Notes: generated by a model not told the origin, from the letters alone. DNA of 64,000 nt from an uncultured Gemmatimonadaceae bacterium (GCA_963817955.1 CAWFQK010000002.1:768001-832000); one strand, 5' to 3'. Counted from the first letter of the stretch, positions 1 to 11,595 are shown. Program-made: numbers and translations.

Positions 1-1562
1 TCCGACGTGGCATTGAGCTTCATCGTACACGAGCCGAGCGGAATCATCGACGTCGTGAGCGACAGGTCTTTCGACTCGAGACGCTTGAGATACCGCAGCA
101 TCTCGGTTTCCGAGTGGTAGCTGTTGAACACCGGGTGCGTCAGGAACGGCGTCGTGCGCGCAAAGCGCTCGTCGAACCGCGCATCCACCGCCGATGCACT
201 GACCGTCGGCACCGGGCCGTGACCCGCGGCGAAGATCTCCAGCAGCTCGGTCACATCGGCGGCCGTCACGGTCTCGTCGAGCGCCACGATCACGCGCGAG
301 TCGCCGGACGACCGCAGGTTGATATTGCGCGCGCGCGCCGCACCGATGATGTCCGTCGCCGGACGATCGCCCAACTCAACGCTGATCGTGTCGAAGTAGT
401 CGCTGCTCGTCAACGTGTAGCCGAGCGCCTCGACGCCGGCACCGAGCGTGGTCGCCATCCGGTGGATCTGGCGCGCGATCGCCTTCAGGCGCTCCGGGCC
501 ATGCCACACCGCGTACATGCCGGCCATCACCGCCAGCAGCACCTGCGCCGTGCACACGTTGCTCGTCGCCTTCTCGCGCCTGATGTGCTGCTCGCGCGTC
601 TGAAGGGCCATGCGCAGCGCCGGTTTGCCATCCGCGTCACGCGACACGCCGATGACCCGGCCAGGCATCTGCCGCTTGAATTCATCCTTCGTCGCGAAGA
701 ACGCGGCGTGCGGGCCGCCGTACCCTAGCGGAACGCCGAATCGCTGCGAGTTGCCGACACAGATATCGGCGCCCCACTCGCCCGGCGGCGCGAGCAGCAC
801 GAGACTCATCAGATCAGCCGCCACCGTGACAACGGCCTTCACCGCGTGCGCGCGATCGCAGAACTGCCGGTAGTCGTGTACCGCGCCGTCAGTCGTCGGA
901 TACTGCAGCAGCGTGCCGAACACGTCTTCCCCGAGCGCCGCCTTGCGCCAATCGCCGACGACCACCTTCACCCCGCGCACCGTCGCCCGCGTCTGCACGA
1001 CCGCGATCGTCTGCGGGTGGCATTCGTCGGACACGAAGAAGGTGTCCTTCCCCGCCTTGCCAGCCAAAGCATGCGCCATGTGCATCGCCTCGGCTGCTGC
1101 GGTGCCCTCGTCGAGCAGGGACGCATTCGCGATCTCGAGGCCAGTCAGATCCATCACCATCGTCTGGAAGGTGAGCAGCGCCTCGAGACGTCCCTGTGAG
1201 ATCTCTGCCTGATACGGCGTGTACGACGTATACCAGCCCGGGTTCTCGAACACGTTCCGCTGAATGACAGCCGGCGTGATCGTGTCGTGATATCCAAGCC
1301 CAAGGTATGACCGGCAGATCTGGTTGCGCTGGGCGATCGACCGAATGTTGGTGAGCGCTTCGTACTCGGACATCGGCGCGTGAATCGCGAGTGGGCGCTT
1401 CAGGCGAATGGCCGTCGGTACAGTGGCGTCGATGAGCGAATCGAGCGAGTCATAGCCCAATAGTTCGAGCATTGCCGCCATGTCGGCCTCCGACGGACCG
1501 ATGTGGCGCGGAATGAAGCTCGCCGCCTGCGCGGCCGACATCTCGTGGCTCTGGTTGGTCAT
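1..1562 (-). CDS. gcvP: Glycine dehydrogenase (glycine cleavage P protein), 5' part; continues off the window edge
   Basis: Manual minus-strand translation: [27 protein letters not shown]..., [65 protein letters not shown] upstream. Confidence 0.95.
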   Translation of the reverse strand, partial: MTNQSHEMSAAQAASFIPRHIGPSEADMAAMLELLGYDSLDSLIDATVPTAIRLKRPLAIHAPMSEYEALTNIRSIAQRNQICRSYLGLGYHDTITPAVIQRNVFENPGWYTSYTPYQAEISQGRLEALLTFQTMVMDLTGLEIANASLLDEGTAAAEAMHMAHALAGKAGKDTFFVSDECHPQTIAVVQTRATVRGVKVVVGDWRKAALGEDVFGTLLQYPTTDGAVHDYRQFCDRAHAVKAVVTVAADLMSLVLLAPPGEWGADICVGNSQRFGVPLGYGGPHAAFFATKDEFKRQMPGRVIGVSRDADGKPALRMALQTREQHIRREKATSNVCTAQVLLAVMAGMYAVWHGPERLKAIARQIHRMATTLGAGVEALGYTLTSSDYFDTISVELGDRPATDIIGAARARNINLRSSGDSRVIVALDETVTAADVTELLEIFAAGHGPVPTVSASAVDARFDERFARTTPFLTHPVFNSYHSETEMLRYLKRLESKDLSLTTSMIPLGSCTMKLNATS

Positions 1563-1721
1563 GCGGTCCTCTAAAGGGGCCAGGTGCGGCCCGGATCGTC
1601 GATAGAAGTGTGGCCAGATGGACTGGCCGTGGCGCCCGTTGCGAAATACCGGGCGCGATTGAAGTGACTTGAATCTATGTTTGGGTCAAGGCACGCGCCT
1701 CATTCCTCACCTCGATATCCG

Positions 1722-2525
1722 ATGTCCATCCCCCTCCCCACAAGCGCGCTCGCCACTCGGTGGCGGGTCGTCCTCACGCCGGCCGCCAGCGGCGCCGAAA
1801 ACATGGCGCTCGACCAAGCGCTGATGGATCGCGCACGGCAGAGCGGGGAATGGGTCCTGCGCGTGTATTCATGGGCGACGCCAACCATCTCCCTCGGGCG
1901 CAATCAGACCGCGCGTGGGCGGTACGACCTCGGTCGCATCAAAGAACTTGGCCTCGACGTCGTGCGCCGGCCAACGGGCGGGCGCGCCATTCTGCACGAT
2001 CGCGAGATCACGTACAGTGTGACGGCACCCGTGGACGACGCGGGTGACCTGCGACAATCCTACGATCGCATCAATCGCCTGCTCCTCGCCGCGCTGCAGG
2101 CCATGGGCGTCCAGGCAATGCTCGCCGCGCCCGCGCACCGCACGCCGTCGCCCGGGATGTCCCCCTGTTTCGACGAACCGTCAGCCGGCGAGCTCACGCT
2201 TGGCGGCCGGAAGCTTGCCGGGAGCGCACAATGGCGCGTCGATGGCGCGCTGCTCCAGCACGGCTCCATTCTCGTGGAGGACGACCAGTCGTTGCTGGCC
2301 GGCATCGCGCTCGGCGGAGGAGCGGCCATTCCGGCACCCGCCACCCTCGCGCAGGCTCTCGGCCGCACGCCACAGCCCTGCGACGTCGCGCAGGCGCTAA
2401 CTGCCGCCATCACTCTCCTGGAGGGTACGGTCCCGGTCGAGTTATCGGTCGATACTGAAGTCCGTGCCCGCGCCGAGGCCCTCGTCGTCCAATACACGGA
2501 TGATGCCTGGACCTGGCGTCGCTGA
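1722..2525 (+). CDS. Lipoate-protein ligase A / octanoyltransferase (LplA/LipM-like)
   Basis: NMALDQAL, LRVYSW..PTISLGRNQ, VVRRPTGGRAILHD, KLAGSAQ, LLQHGSI motifs; divergent from gcvP. Confidence 0.88.
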   Translation: MSIPLPTSALATRWRVVLTPAASGAENMALDQALMDRARQSGEWVLRVYSWATPTISLGRNQTARGRYDLGRIKELGLDVVRRPTGGRAILHDREITYSVTAPVDDAGDLRQSYDRINRLLLAALQAMGVQAMLAAPAHRTPSPGMSPCFDEPSAGELTLGGRKLAGSAQWRVDGALLQHGSILVEDDQSLLAGIALGGGAAIPAPATLAQALGRTPQPCDVAQALTAAITLLEGTVPVELSVDTEVRARAEALVVQYTDDAWTWRR

Positions 2526-2564
2526 GCCAGCCGGTCACTCGCGCTTGTCTTTCCCCCAGCCCTC

Positions 2565-4232
2565 ATGATGCGCAATTCCCGCTTGCTGATCGCGTCGGTC
2601 GCCGTGCTTGCCGCCTGCAGCTCAAAGGAAACCCCCAGTTCCTCCGGCACGACAGGCGGAACACTCATCATCGCCGGGCCTGGCGATCCGGTGGACGTGT
2701 TCCCGCCGTATGTGACCGATCAGAACGGCCGCATGGTGCAGGATCTCGTGTTCGACCGGCTGGCCGATATCAGCCCGGACCTCACGACGATTGGCGACAA
2801 AGGGTTCAAGCCCGCGCTCGCGCAGAAGTGGACGTGGGCGCCCGATTCGCTCTCGATCGCCTTCTCGATCGATCCCCGTGCGCGATGGCATGACGGCAAA
2901 CCGGTCACGGCAAATGACGTGCGCTACAGCGTGAGAGTGTTCACCGATCCCAAGGTCGGATCGCCAACCGCGCCACTCTTAGGTAACATCGATTCCGTCT
3001 CGGTACGCGACTCGCTCACAGCGGTGGTGTTCTTCAAGAAACACACGCCCGAGCAATTCTACGATCTCGTCTATCAGGTGGCGATCGTGCCCGAGCATGT
3101 CTACGGCGCCATTCCGTTCGATCAATTGCACACGTCGCCGATCACGCGCACACCGATCGGGAGCGGCCGGTTTCGCTTCGTGAAGTGGGAGCCTGGCACG
3201 CGGCTCGAGCTCATCGCCGATACATCCAACTATCGCGGCCGCGCGAAGCTCGACCGGCTCATCTTCACCCCGACCGATCCGTCGACCGCGATGACGCAGG
3301 TGCTCGGCGGACAGGCCGATTTCATGGATGCCTTCCCGATCGACCAGGTGCCGAAGCTCGACAGCAGCACCGTGGCGCGCCCGCTCGTGATCACGAACTT
3401 CGGTTACGCGTTCATGGCCTTGAATCCGTACGCCGGAAAGTCGAAGACTCCTCATCCCATCTTCGGCGATGTGCGCGTCCGCCGAGCGCTGTCGATGGGG
3501 GTCGACCGCATGGCGATGTTGCACAACGTGTACGGCAACGTCGGCAAGATCAGCCACGGGCCATTCCCCATGAGCGTTCCATACGCCGACAGCACGATCA
3601 AGCTGCCGCCGTTCGACACCACGGCCGCCAGGGCAATGCTCGATACGGCTGGTTGGCGCGTCGGCGCCGACGGCATCCGCGTGAGGAATGGTAAGCCGCT
3701 GCGTTTCTCGCTCGCGACGCCCACTTCGAGCCTGTTTCGACGCCGCTATGCTGTGCTGCTCCAGGAACAACTCCGAAAGCTTGGCGCGCAGGTCGACGTC
3801 GATGAGATGGACAACAAGACGCTCATCAACAAGGAGCAGACGTACGACTTCGACGCCGTGCTCGCGTCGTTCTCGTACGATCCGAGTCCTGGTGGCGTGA
3901 AACAGAATTGGTCCACGTCGGGCATTGGTGCGGCGGGTCAGAACTGGCTCCGCTACTCCAACGTCAAGGTGGACGCGCTGCTCGACAGCGCCACAACGGC
4001 GTTCGACGCCGGAAAGTCGCGCTCGTACTCGACGCGCGCCTTCCAGCAGATTGCCGACGACGTGCCGGCGATCTGGCTCTACGACGTGGTACTCGTGGAC
4101 GCGGTGAATCGGCGCGTGACTACGCAGCAGCTGCGACCCGATGGCTGGTGGGTGACCCTTCCCGACTGGTCGATTCCCGCCGACAAGCGCATCGACCGCG
4201 ATCGTATCGGCCTCACGTCGTCCAAGCGCTGA
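2565..4232 (+). CDS. Peptide ABC transporter substrate-binding lipoprotein (family 5)
   Basis: Lipobox LAAC; RWHDGKPVTANDVRYS; PIGSGRFRF; VRRALSMGVDR. Confidence 0.9.
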   Translation: MMRNSRLLIASVAVLAACSSKETPSSSGTTGGTLIIAGPGDPVDVFPPYVTDQNGRMVQDLVFDRLADISPDLTTIGDKGFKPALAQKWTWAPDSLSIAFSIDPRARWHDGKPVTANDVRYSVRVFTDPKVGSPTAPLLGNIDSVSVRDSLTAVVFFKKHTPEQFYDLVYQVAIVPEHVYGAIPFDQLHTSPITRTPIGSGRFRFVKWEPGTRLELIADTSNYRGRAKLDRLIFTPTDPSTAMTQVLGGQADFMDAFPIDQVPKLDSSTVARPLVITNFGYAFMALNPYAGKSKTPHPIFGDVRVRRALSMGVDRMAMLHNVYGNVGKISHGPFPMSVPYADSTIKLPPFDTTAARAMLDTAGWRVGADGIRVRNGKPLRFSLATPTSSLFRRRYAVLLQEQLRKLGAQVDVDEMDNKTLINKEQTYDFDAVLASFSYDPSPGGVKQNWSTSGIGAAGQNWLRYSNVKVDALLDSATTAFDAGKSRSYSTRAFQQIADDVPAIWLYDVVLVDAVNRRVTTQQLRPDGWWVTLPDWSIPADKRIDRDRIGLTSSKR

Positions 4233-4235
4233 GCC

Positions 4236-5198
4236 GTGCGGCGACAGCTCGCCGCCCGGCTCTTCCAGTCGCTGATCGTCGTCCTGATCGTGACGATGAT
4301 CAGCTTCTTCGTAATTCGCTCGGCACCGGGTGATCCGTTCTCCTACGAATCGACCACCATCACCCCCGCTGTACGCGAGCACTGGCGCCAACAATTCGGG
4401 TACGACAAACCGCTCGTCGAGCAGTTCGGGCGGTATGTCGCGAGCGTGGCGCACGGTGACTTTGGATACTCCGTTCAGATGCATGAACCCGTGTCCACCG
4501 CGCTCGCTGCGGCGGTGCCAAGAACGCTCCTGTTGGCCGGGGTCGCCATTGGCCTGAGCTTTCTCGTCGGTGTGATCATTGGCGTGCTCCAGGCCACGCA
4601 CCGCGACGGCTGGTTCGATCGCCTGAGCTCCACGGTCCTGCTGCTCTTCTATTCGCTCCCGGATTTCTGGGCGGCGCTGATGTTGCTGCTCGTGTTTGCG
4701 TACTGGGTGCCCATCCTGCCGGCGGGAAACATCGTCGACCCAGTAATGCACGCCTACATGGGCGGATGGGCGGCGTTCGCCGACCGGCTGAAGCATCTCG
4801 TGTTGCCCGCCGGCACACTGACGCTGCTCACCATGGCTGGGGTCACACGCTACCAGCGCGGCGCCATGCTCGAGGTGCTCCCGTCGGACTACGTTCGCAC
4901 CGCGCGCGCCAAAGGTGTGCCGGAGCGGCAGATCATCTGGCGTCACGCGCTGCGCACGGCACTCACGCCAATGATCGCGCTCCTTGGCCTCTTCCTCCCC
5001 GCGCTGCTCGGCGGGGCGCTGTTTGTCGAGAAGGTCTTCGCCTGGCCGGGAATGGGCATGCTGGCCGCCGGCGCCATCGACGGACGCGATTATGACCTCG
5101 TCACGGCAACGGTGGTCGTCGGTTCGATCATGGTCGTGATCGGCAATCTGTTCGCCGATCTCCTGCACATGGCCCTCGATCCGCGCATTCGTGAGTAG
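4236..5198 (+). CDS. Peptide ABC transporter permease (OppB/DppB-like)
   Basis: APGDP, YVRTARAKG EAA loop, EKVFAWPGMG, LDPRIR. Confidence 0.92.
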   Translation: MRRQLAARLFQSLIVVLIVTMISFFVIRSAPGDPFSYESTTITPAVREHWRQQFGYDKPLVEQFGRYVASVAHGDFGYSVQMHEPVSTALAAAVPRTLLLAGVAIGLSFLVGVIIGVLQATHRDGWFDRLSSTVLLLFYSLPDFWAALMLLLVFAYWVPILPAGNIVDPVMHAYMGGWAAFADRLKHLVLPAGTLTLLTMAGVTRYQRGAMLEVLPSDYVRTARAKGVPERQIIWRHALRTALTPMIALLGLFLPALLGGALFVEKVFAWPGMGMLAAGAIDGRDYDLVTATVVVGSIMVVIGNLFADLLHMALDPRIRE

Positions 5199-6117
5199 CG
5201 GGGTATTCGTTCCGGCGTCCACCCTCAGACGACTGTTCCGGCATCGCTCGGCGCGCTGGGCACTCGGGGTGATCGCGCTGCTGATCATCGCCGCGATCGT
5301 GGGACCCTGGCTCGTGTCGTACACAGGGAACGAGCAGCTCGACATCATCGGGATGAAGAATCGGCCGCCCTCCTGGCAACATCCCTTCGGGACCGACCAA
5401 TACAGCCGCGATCTGCTGACGCGGGTGCTGATCGGTGCGCGCATCTCGCTCGCCGTGTCGACACTCGCCGTCGTGCTCTCGATGACACTCGGCACCGCGT
5501 ACGGGCTCGTGGCCGGCTACGTGGGCGGTCGCGTCGACGGTGTGATGATGCGCCTTCTGGACGGTTGCCTGTCGATTCCCCGCGTGCTGCTGCTCGTCGC
5601 CGTGCTCACGTTGTGGCACCCTGTTCCGCTCTCGGGTCTCATCGTCCTCATCGGTGTGACGGGTTGGTTTGGCATGTCGCGCCTGGTTCGAGCTGAAACG
5701 CTGTCCGCGCGAAAACAGGACTACGTGGACGCCGCCCGTGCCCTGGGCGCTTCTGATGCACGCGTCCTGTGGCGACATCTTCTGCCAAATGTGACCGGTC
5801 CGGTGATCGTCACAGCCACGCTTGCCGTAGGCAACGTCATCGCGCTCGAGGCGGGATTGTCGTATCTCGGCGTGGGGACGCACGAGCCGACGCCGAGTTG
5901 GGGATCGATCTTTCTCGACGGCGTCTCGTTCTTTGCGGGAAACTGGTGGGTGGTATTCTTCCCTGGAGTTGCCATCGTCGCCACCGTGCTGGCCTTCAAT
6001 GTGCTCGGCGACGCCTTGCGCGACGTCCTCGATCCGCGGCAGCTTCACGGGTCCGCGACGCTGCCGGCGACTCTGTTGGCAACCACGACCAGGCCCCAAT
6101 CGATCGAGAATGGCTGA
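5191..6117 (+). CDS. Peptide ABC transporter permease (OppC/DppC-like)
   Basis: [38 protein letters not shown]. Confidence 0.92.
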   Translation: MSSGVFVPASTLRRLFRHRSARWALGVIALLIIAAIVGPWLVSYTGNEQLDIIGMKNRPPSWQHPFGTDQYSRDLLTRVLIGARISLAVSTLAVVLSMTLGTAYGLVAGYVGGRVDGVMMRLLDGCLSIPRVLLLVAVLTLWHPVPLSGLIVLIGVTGWFGMSRLVRAETLSARKQDYVDAARALGASDARVLWRHLLPNVTGPVIVTATLAVGNVIALEAGLSYLGVGTHEPTPSWGSIFLDGVSFFAGNWWVVFFPGVAIVATVLAFNVLGDALRDVLDPRQLHGSATLPATLLATTTRPQSIENG

Positions 6118-7162
6118 TCCGCTGCTGCGCGTCCACGAGCTACGCACCTATTTCTACACCGAAGGTGGCGTCGCCAAGGCGGTGGATGGAGTGAGCTTCG
6201 AGATCGGCGCCGGCGAAACAGTCGGGCTCGTCGGGGAGTCGGGATGCGGCAAGTCCGTGACGGCGCTGTCGCTGCTGCGGCTCGTGCGACCGCCGGGACG
6301 AATCGAGCCCGGCAGTGAGATCACCTTCGACGGACAGGATCTCGTCACGCTCGACGAAAAGTCGATGCGAAAGATCCGTGGCGCTCGCATCGCCATGGTG
6401 TTCCAAGAGCCAATGACGGCGCTCAATCCCGTTTTCACGATTGGCGATCAGGTGGCCGAAGTGGTGCGCGTGCATCACGGCGGATCGAGAAAGGAGGCGT
6501 GGGCGCGCGCCGTGAAGATGCTGGAAACAGTCGGCATCGCGTCGCCCGAGCAACGCGCCAACGACTACCCGCATCAACTCTCCGGCGGTATGCGTCAGCG
6601 GGTCGTGATCGCGATGGCCCTCGTCATGAACCCGGCCCTCGTGATCGCCGACGAACCGACCACCGCACTCGACGTCACCATCCAGGCGCAGATTCTCGAA
6701 CTGCTTCGCGAATTGCAGCAGCAGTTCGGCACGTCCATTCTGCTCATCACTCATGATCTTGGCGTTGTCGCGGAAACCGCCTCGCGCGTCATCGTCATGT
6801 ACGGCGGCGAGATCGTCGAAGAGGCGGCGGTGGCCGAATTGTTCGCGGCAGCGCATCATCCGTACACCGAGGGACTGCTGAACGCGATGCCGCAGGTTGG
6901 TCACGAGCGCGAGCGATTGGCAACGATTCCCGGCTCAGTGCCGCCACCCACGGCATGGCCAACGGGCTGCCGCTTTCACGATCGTTGCCCCTACGCGTGG
7001 GCTCGGTGCATCACCGAACATCCACCGCTCTATCCGATCGGCAACGGCCATATATCGCGGTGCCATCTCGCCGATGAACCGCGGCGACGCGCGGACAAAC
7101 ATGAGCCGTTCGTGGTAAGTGGCGAGCGCGGAGCGGCGAGTGGCGAGGCACCCCCCGCATGA
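6110..7162 (+). CDS. Peptide ABC transporter ATP-binding protein (OppD/DppD-like)
   Basis: Walker [28 protein letters not shown]-terminal GCRFHDRC. Confidence 0.93.
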   Translation: MADPLLRVHELRTYFYTEGGVAKAVDGVSFEIGAGETVGLVGESGCGKSVTALSLLRLVRPPGRIEPGSEITFDGQDLVTLDEKSMRKIRGARIAMVFQEPMTALNPVFTIGDQVAEVVRVHHGGSRKEAWARAVKMLETVGIASPEQRANDYPHQLSGGMRQRVVIAMALVMNPALVIADEPTTALDVTIQAQILELLRELQQQFGTSILLITHDLGVVAETASRVIVMYGGEIVEEAAVAELFAAAHHPYTEGLLNAMPQVGHERERLATIPGSVPPPTAWPTGCRFHDRCPYAWARCITEHPPLYPIGNGHISRCHLADEPRRRADKHEPFVVSGERGAASGEAPPA

Positions 7163-8241
7163 CGACGCCACGCGTCCCCCAAGACTCGCCGCTCCTGAGT
7201 GTCCGCGAGCTCACCAAGCACTTCCCCATCAAGAAAGGGTTGTTCGGCAGGTCTGCCGGTGCCGTGCGCGCGGTAGATGGCGTGTCGTTCGACGTCATGC
7301 CGGGCGAAACGCTCGGTCTCGTTGGCGAATCGGGGTGCGGAAAGACCACGACGGGTCGCATGATCCTGCGACTCATCGAGCCGACGTCGGGCACCGTTGC
7401 GTTCGAGGGCGTTGATCTCGTGACACTCGATTCGCGCTCCATGCGCCAACTGCGTCGCAGGATCCAGGTGATCTTTCAGGATCCGTTCTCGTCGCTCAAT
7501 CCGCGCATGACCGTTGGCGCGATCGTGCGCGAAGGCCTCACCATCCACAAGATCGCCGAGGGTGCCGCCGCGGACGCGCGTGTGCGCCGGCTGCTCGACG
7601 AAGTAGGGCTTCGCGCCGAGTACATGTCGCGCTACCCGCACGAGTTTTCCGGAGGACAGCGGCAACGCATCGGTATTGCACGCGCATTGGCGGTGGAACC
7701 CAGTTTCATCGTCTGTGACGAACCCGTGTCGGCGCTCGACGTGTCCGTGCAGGCGCAGGTGATCAACCTCATGCAGGATCTGCAACGCGATCGCGGGCTA
7801 GCCTATCTGTTCATTGCACACGATCTCTCCGTCGTGGAGCACATCGCCGATCGCGTCGCCGTGATGTACCTGGGCAAGATCGTCGAACGCGCGTCGGCAA
7901 ACGATCTCTATCGGGAACCGCTCATGCCGTACACGCAGGCGCTCCTGTCTGCCGTGCCGGTGCCTGATCCAACGATCAAGAAGTCACGCGTCGCGTTACG
8001 CGGTGACGTGCCGTCGCCTGCCAATCCCCCGTCGGGGTGCGTGTTTCATCCCCGCTGCCAACATCCGGCCAAGGACGCGGCGTGCGCCAAGATCGTTCCG
8101 CCTCTCGAGGAAAAAGCCCCCGGTCACTGGGTCGCTTGTATCAAACAGCCGCCAACGAGTGTAGAGTGGGGCGCTCAGCAGGCTGCAGGAGCCACCAACC
8201 CGCCCACCCGGTACCTCCCAATTCTCGGACCATCGGCGTAG
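7159..8241 (+). CDS. Peptide ABC transporter ATP-binding protein (OppF/DppF-like)
   Basis: [38 protein letters not shown]. Confidence 0.93.
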   Translation: MTTPRVPQDSPLLSVRELTKHFPIKKGLFGRSAGAVRAVDGVSFDVMPGETLGLVGESGCGKTTTGRMILRLIEPTSGTVAFEGVDLVTLDSRSMRQLRRRIQVIFQDPFSSLNPRMTVGAIVREGLTIHKIAEGAAADARVRRLLDEVGLRAEYMSRYPHEFSGGQRQRIGIARALAVEPSFIVCDEPVSALDVSVQAQVINLMQDLQRDRGLAYLFIAHDLSVVEHIADRVAVMYLGKIVERASANDLYREPLMPYTQALLSAVPVPDPTIKKSRVALRGDVPSPANPPSGCVFHPRCQHPAKDAACAKIVPPLEEKAPGHWVACIKQPPTSVEWGAQQAAGATNPPTRYLPILGPSA

Positions 8242-8263
8242 TTATCGTCAGTACGCCCACGCC

Positions 8264-8297
8264 GCCCATCTCCCCATCGCCCATCTCCCATCTTCCA
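8264..8297 (+). repeat. Short tandem CCCATC(T/G) repeats immediately upstream of the POT transporter start
   Basis: gcccatc tccccatc gcccatc tcccatc ttccATG. Confidence 0.7.
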
Positions 8298-9862
8298 TGT
8301 CGTCAATAATCGACATCGCCACTACTGCCACCGATCGCCCGCCGGTGCTCGACGATCGATCGCTGCTCGGACACCCGCGCGGACTTGGGCTGCTATTCGT
8401 GACCGAGATGTGGGAGCGGTTCTCCTACTACGGCATGCGAGCGCTCCTGGTGCTTTACCTCGTCAACGCGCTCAAGTGGGACACGGCCGCCGCGGCGAAC
8501 CTGTACGGCACGTACACAATGCTGGTGTATCTCACGCCGGTCATTGGGGGCTACCTCGCGGACCGATTCATCGGAACACGACGTTCGCTCGTCGCGGGCA
8601 GCATCGTGATCTCGCTGGGTCACTTCGCGCTTGCGTTCCCAGGGATGACGGCGTTCTACCTCGGGCTGGCGTTGATCATCATCGGCACAGGCTTCTTCAA
8701 GTCGAACGTGTCCACGATGGTCGGGCAGATCTATCGCGAGGGCGATGCGCGACGTGATTCAGGATTCACCATCTTCTACATGGGCATCAACCTCGGCGCC
8801 CTGCTCGGCCCGCTCGTCTGCGGCAGTCTGGCGCAGAATCCTCGCTTCGGATGGCATTATGGTTTTGCGGCAGCCGGCGTGGGCATGGTGTTCGGACTCC
8901 TCGTCTACCTCTGGGGACGCGACCGCTATCTCCCAGGCATTGGAGTAAAGGTCAGCCGGACTGTCGACACGACCCTGGAGTCTTCGGCGGCGGCTATCCT
9001 CGCCGACCAGGGCACCAACCCCGTGTTGAACGGCGGGATCGGTGCAGTCGTGGGAGCGGTGCTGGGCTACTTCCTGGGCAGCGGCAACCTGCTCGGTCTC
9101 ATGATGGGCACCGTCATTGGCGCCGCAATCGGTATCACCATTCTCGGCACGCACGGCGAGGAACGCCGCCGCGTCATCGCGCTGTTCATCGTCGTCTTCT
9201 TCGTGATCTTCTTCTGGGCCGCCTACGAACAGGCTGGAAGCTCCATGAACCTGTTCGCCGACAAGAACACGAACCTGCAGCTCGGAACCTTCCACGTTCC
9301 GTCGACTTGGTTTCAGTCGGTGAACCCCGCGGTCATCCTGATCTTTGCACCGGTGTTCGCTGGGATGTGGACGTCGTTGGGAGGAAAGAACCGCGAGCCC
9401 TCCACCGCGTTGAAGATGGTGCTCGGCCTCGCCCTGCTCGCCACTGGATTCATCTTCATGGTGCTCGGCGGTTCGCGCGCCGATCAGGGTGTGCTCGTCA
9501 GCCCCCTCTGGCTCGTGGCCGCATACACCTTCCACACCTGGGGCGAGCTCTGTCTCTCTCCGGTAGGGCTGTCTTACGTGACGAAGGTGGCACCCGTGAA
9601 GTTCGCCTCCCTTCTCATGGGCGTCTGGTTCCTCGCGAACGCCGCCGCCAACAAGATTGCCGGCTCGCTCGCCGCGTACACGCCCACGCCGGGCCAGGCA
9701 CCGAAAGCGCCAGCCGGCGGCATCGGCGGCTTCGTCCAATCGATCAGCGCAACGAACCACGGCTTCTACATGATCTTCGTGGTGGCGGGATTCAGCGCGG
9801 CGGCGGTGATGCTCCTGTTTGTGCCGCTGTTGAAGAAGCTGACGGCGAGCGTGAAGGCGTAG
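8297..9862 (+). CDS. Proton-dependent oligopeptide transporter (POT/PTR family MFS)
   Basis: ExxERF motif EMWERFSYYGMR, GGYLADRFIG, FTIFYMGINLG, GELCLSPVGLS. Confidence 0.93.
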   Translation: MSSIIDIATTATDRPPVLDDRSLLGHPRGLGLLFVTEMWERFSYYGMRALLVLYLVNALKWDTAAAANLYGTYTMLVYLTPVIGGYLADRFIGTRRSLVAGSIVISLGHFALAFPGMTAFYLGLALIIIGTGFFKSNVSTMVGQIYREGDARRDSGFTIFYMGINLGALLGPLVCGSLAQNPRFGWHYGFAAAGVGMVFGLLVYLWGRDRYLPGIGVKVSRTVDTTLESSAAAILADQGTNPVLNGGIGAVVGAVLGYFLGSGNLLGLMMGTVIGAAIGITILGTHGEERRRVIALFIVVFFVIFFWAAYEQAGSSMNLFADKNTNLQLGTFHVPSTWFQSVNPAVILIFAPVFAGMWTSLGGKNREPSTALKMVLGLALLATGFIFMVLGGSRADQGVLVSPLWLVAAYTFHTWGELCLSPVGLSYVTKVAPVKFASLLMGVWFLANAAANKIAGSLAAYTPTPGQAPKAPAGGIGGFVQSISATNHGFYMIFVVAGFSAAAVMLLFVPLLKKLTASVKA

Positions 9863-9877
9863 TGCGAGTGTCTGGTC

Positions 9878-11575
9878 CTATCGCGGCCACCGGAACACGC
9901 TCGATGGCACCGTCCGCTCTCGCGTCGCTTCGATGTCCGTTGGTTCCGGCAGAAAGTACGTCGTCTTGTCCGTATTGCCGAGCCGCACCTCGAAACGGTG
10001 CCCATTGGCCTCCGGGGTTGTGGCGATCGCAAAGTCCAGGCGCCACAGCCTCGCCGATGCCGACGGCACGGTTGCGAGCAGGCTGAAGCCAACAGACTCC
10101 CGCAGGGGCGTGGTGACACCGTAAGGAATGTCGCCCGCCCACAGCCGGCCAGCATCGGCGAACCCGCCGAGCCCGAAATCGCCAAAGTTGAAGGCTCGGC
10201 CCACGAACACGCGATGTTCCAGGCGTCCCACCAGACGCTGTCCGCCCGGCGTGTTCGACGATGCGTAACCCCGTACGCCGCCGACGGGGTCGCTCAGCGT
10301 GAGGTTGAATGGCATCCGCTGACGCCATCCGCCGCTGAACTCCAGCGAGAGCGTTGTCGTGTTCCGCGTCGAAGCCTTGAAGTATTCAAGCGCGTGTGCC
10401 GACGTGAGAATACCATCCCACAATCCGCTGTCGTTGCTTCGCCGGCCCTCCCCTTCCAGTTGAAATCGCAGTGCAGTCGTGCGTCCCACCGCGCCAACGT
10501 ACAGGTCCCCTGCCATGAAGATGTCGTCATCGCGCGAGCCGAGAACCGCCAGGCTACGGCCAAACATGGTGCCGAGCTGAAATCCGATCGGCAAATCCTG
10601 CGTCGCGGTGAGTGCATCGAATCCGACAACCTGCCTGAAGCCGAGGTCCCGAACACCCCACAGCGCATTCACGCGCGCAATCCGGTGCACGACGTATCGA
10701 TTGAGAAGCGCCGATTGCGTATCTGGAGCGAATCCGTTCCTCGTCACCAGCACCTGCTGCGTTCCTGGCTGCTCATCGTCGCCCGACACCGATGCGCCAA
10801 AGAGGCTCAACCTGCCCGGCGGTCCCAGTCGAACGATGCCGCCAAGGTCGAAATAGTTCCGGACCACGCGTAGCGCGTGGCTCGAGTTCACGTCGTTCAT
10901 GAACTGCACGTAATCGTCGCTGGCGCCCGCCTGCGCGCGCCAGGCGATGCGCTGGACATCGGTGTAGAACGGATGCGACGCATCCACCCGCCAATCGTTC
11001 CCCAGCGGCGTCTGGTGCCCCTCGGCGATGAAGATGTACGGCCGCCCGAGGAGCTGGCTGTCCATGTACCGCGCACCATAGCCATTACGGAACGCGCCAC
11101 CGGCCCGCCAGTCGGCCGCGAAATAGATCCCCTCGCCACCAATGTTCTCGTCACCGGCGCGTATGAACCGCACGGCAGGATTTCCCCCGCCAGCCGCGAC
11201 GCCGAGCACGAGCGCCACTTCGTCCGTGGTACGCACATCCAGCTCGACGCCCCCTGCCGAACCCCGAACCACACGCACTGACGCGTCGGCGATAAACGGC
11301 TGCGCGCGAAGGATGCGTTCGGACTCCGTGCGCCGCAGCTCGTCGCAGCGGTCGCCTGTGCGCAACAGCAGAAAGCGCCTGACGACTTCGGGATTGGTCG
11401 TCGTATGTACGGCGCCAACGATGCGCGCCAATGTCGGCACGTGCCGAAACGCTGCGACCGTCGGTGCCGACGTGCGGATCACGACGCCGTCAATGTGTTG
11501 ACCGGCGCATGCCACGAACGTCGTGTCCTGTGCGCCAGATATGTGCGCGACAGCCATCATCGGCACCGTCGCCAC
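9878..11575 (-). CDS. Outer-membrane protein, probably POTRA-like N-terminus plus beta-barrel (BamA/TamA-like); start uncertain
   Basis: Signal-like N-terminus; VVRRFLLLRTGD...ESERILR POTRA-like segment; alternating aromatic beta-strand pattern. Confidence 0.55.
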   Translation of the reverse strand: MATVPMMAVAHISGAQDTTFVACAGQHIDGVVIRTSAPTVAAFRHVPTLARIVGAVHTTTNPEVVRRFLLLRTGDRCDELRRTESERILRAQPFIADASVRVVRGSAGGVELDVRTTDEVALVLGVAAGGGNPAVRFIRAGDENIGGEGIYFAADWRAGGAFRNGYGARYMDSQLLGRPYIFIAEGHQTPLGNDWRVDASHPFYTDVQRIAWRAQAGASDDYVQFMNDVNSSHALRVVRNYFDLGGIVRLGPPGRLSLFGASVSGDDEQPGTQQVLVTRNGFAPDTQSALLNRYVVHRIARVNALWGVRDLGFRQVVGFDALTATQDLPIGFQLGTMFGRSLAVLGSRDDDIFMAGDLYVGAVGRTTALRFQLEGEGRRSNDSGLWDGILTSAHALEYFKASTRNTTTLSLEFSGGWRQRMPFNLTLSDPVGGVRGYASSNTPGGQRLVGRLEHRVFVGRAFNFGDFGLGGFADAGRLWAGDIPYGVTTPLRESVGFSLLATVPSASARLWRLDFAIATTPEANGHRFEVRLGNTDKTTYFLPEPTDIEATRERTVPSSVFRWPR

Positions 11576-11595
11576 AACAAGAAGGCGACGGATGT

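Noticed and set aside
1563..1680. Glycine riboswitch upstream of gcvP
   Set aside because: The GGAGA / CCGAAG / CUCUCAGG consensus elements are not present
2979..5495. Long antisense ORFs (also 21144-22799, 52660-54021, 54790-56469 and others)
   Set aside because: Shadow frames of real genes, expected in high-GC DNA; no recognisable motifs
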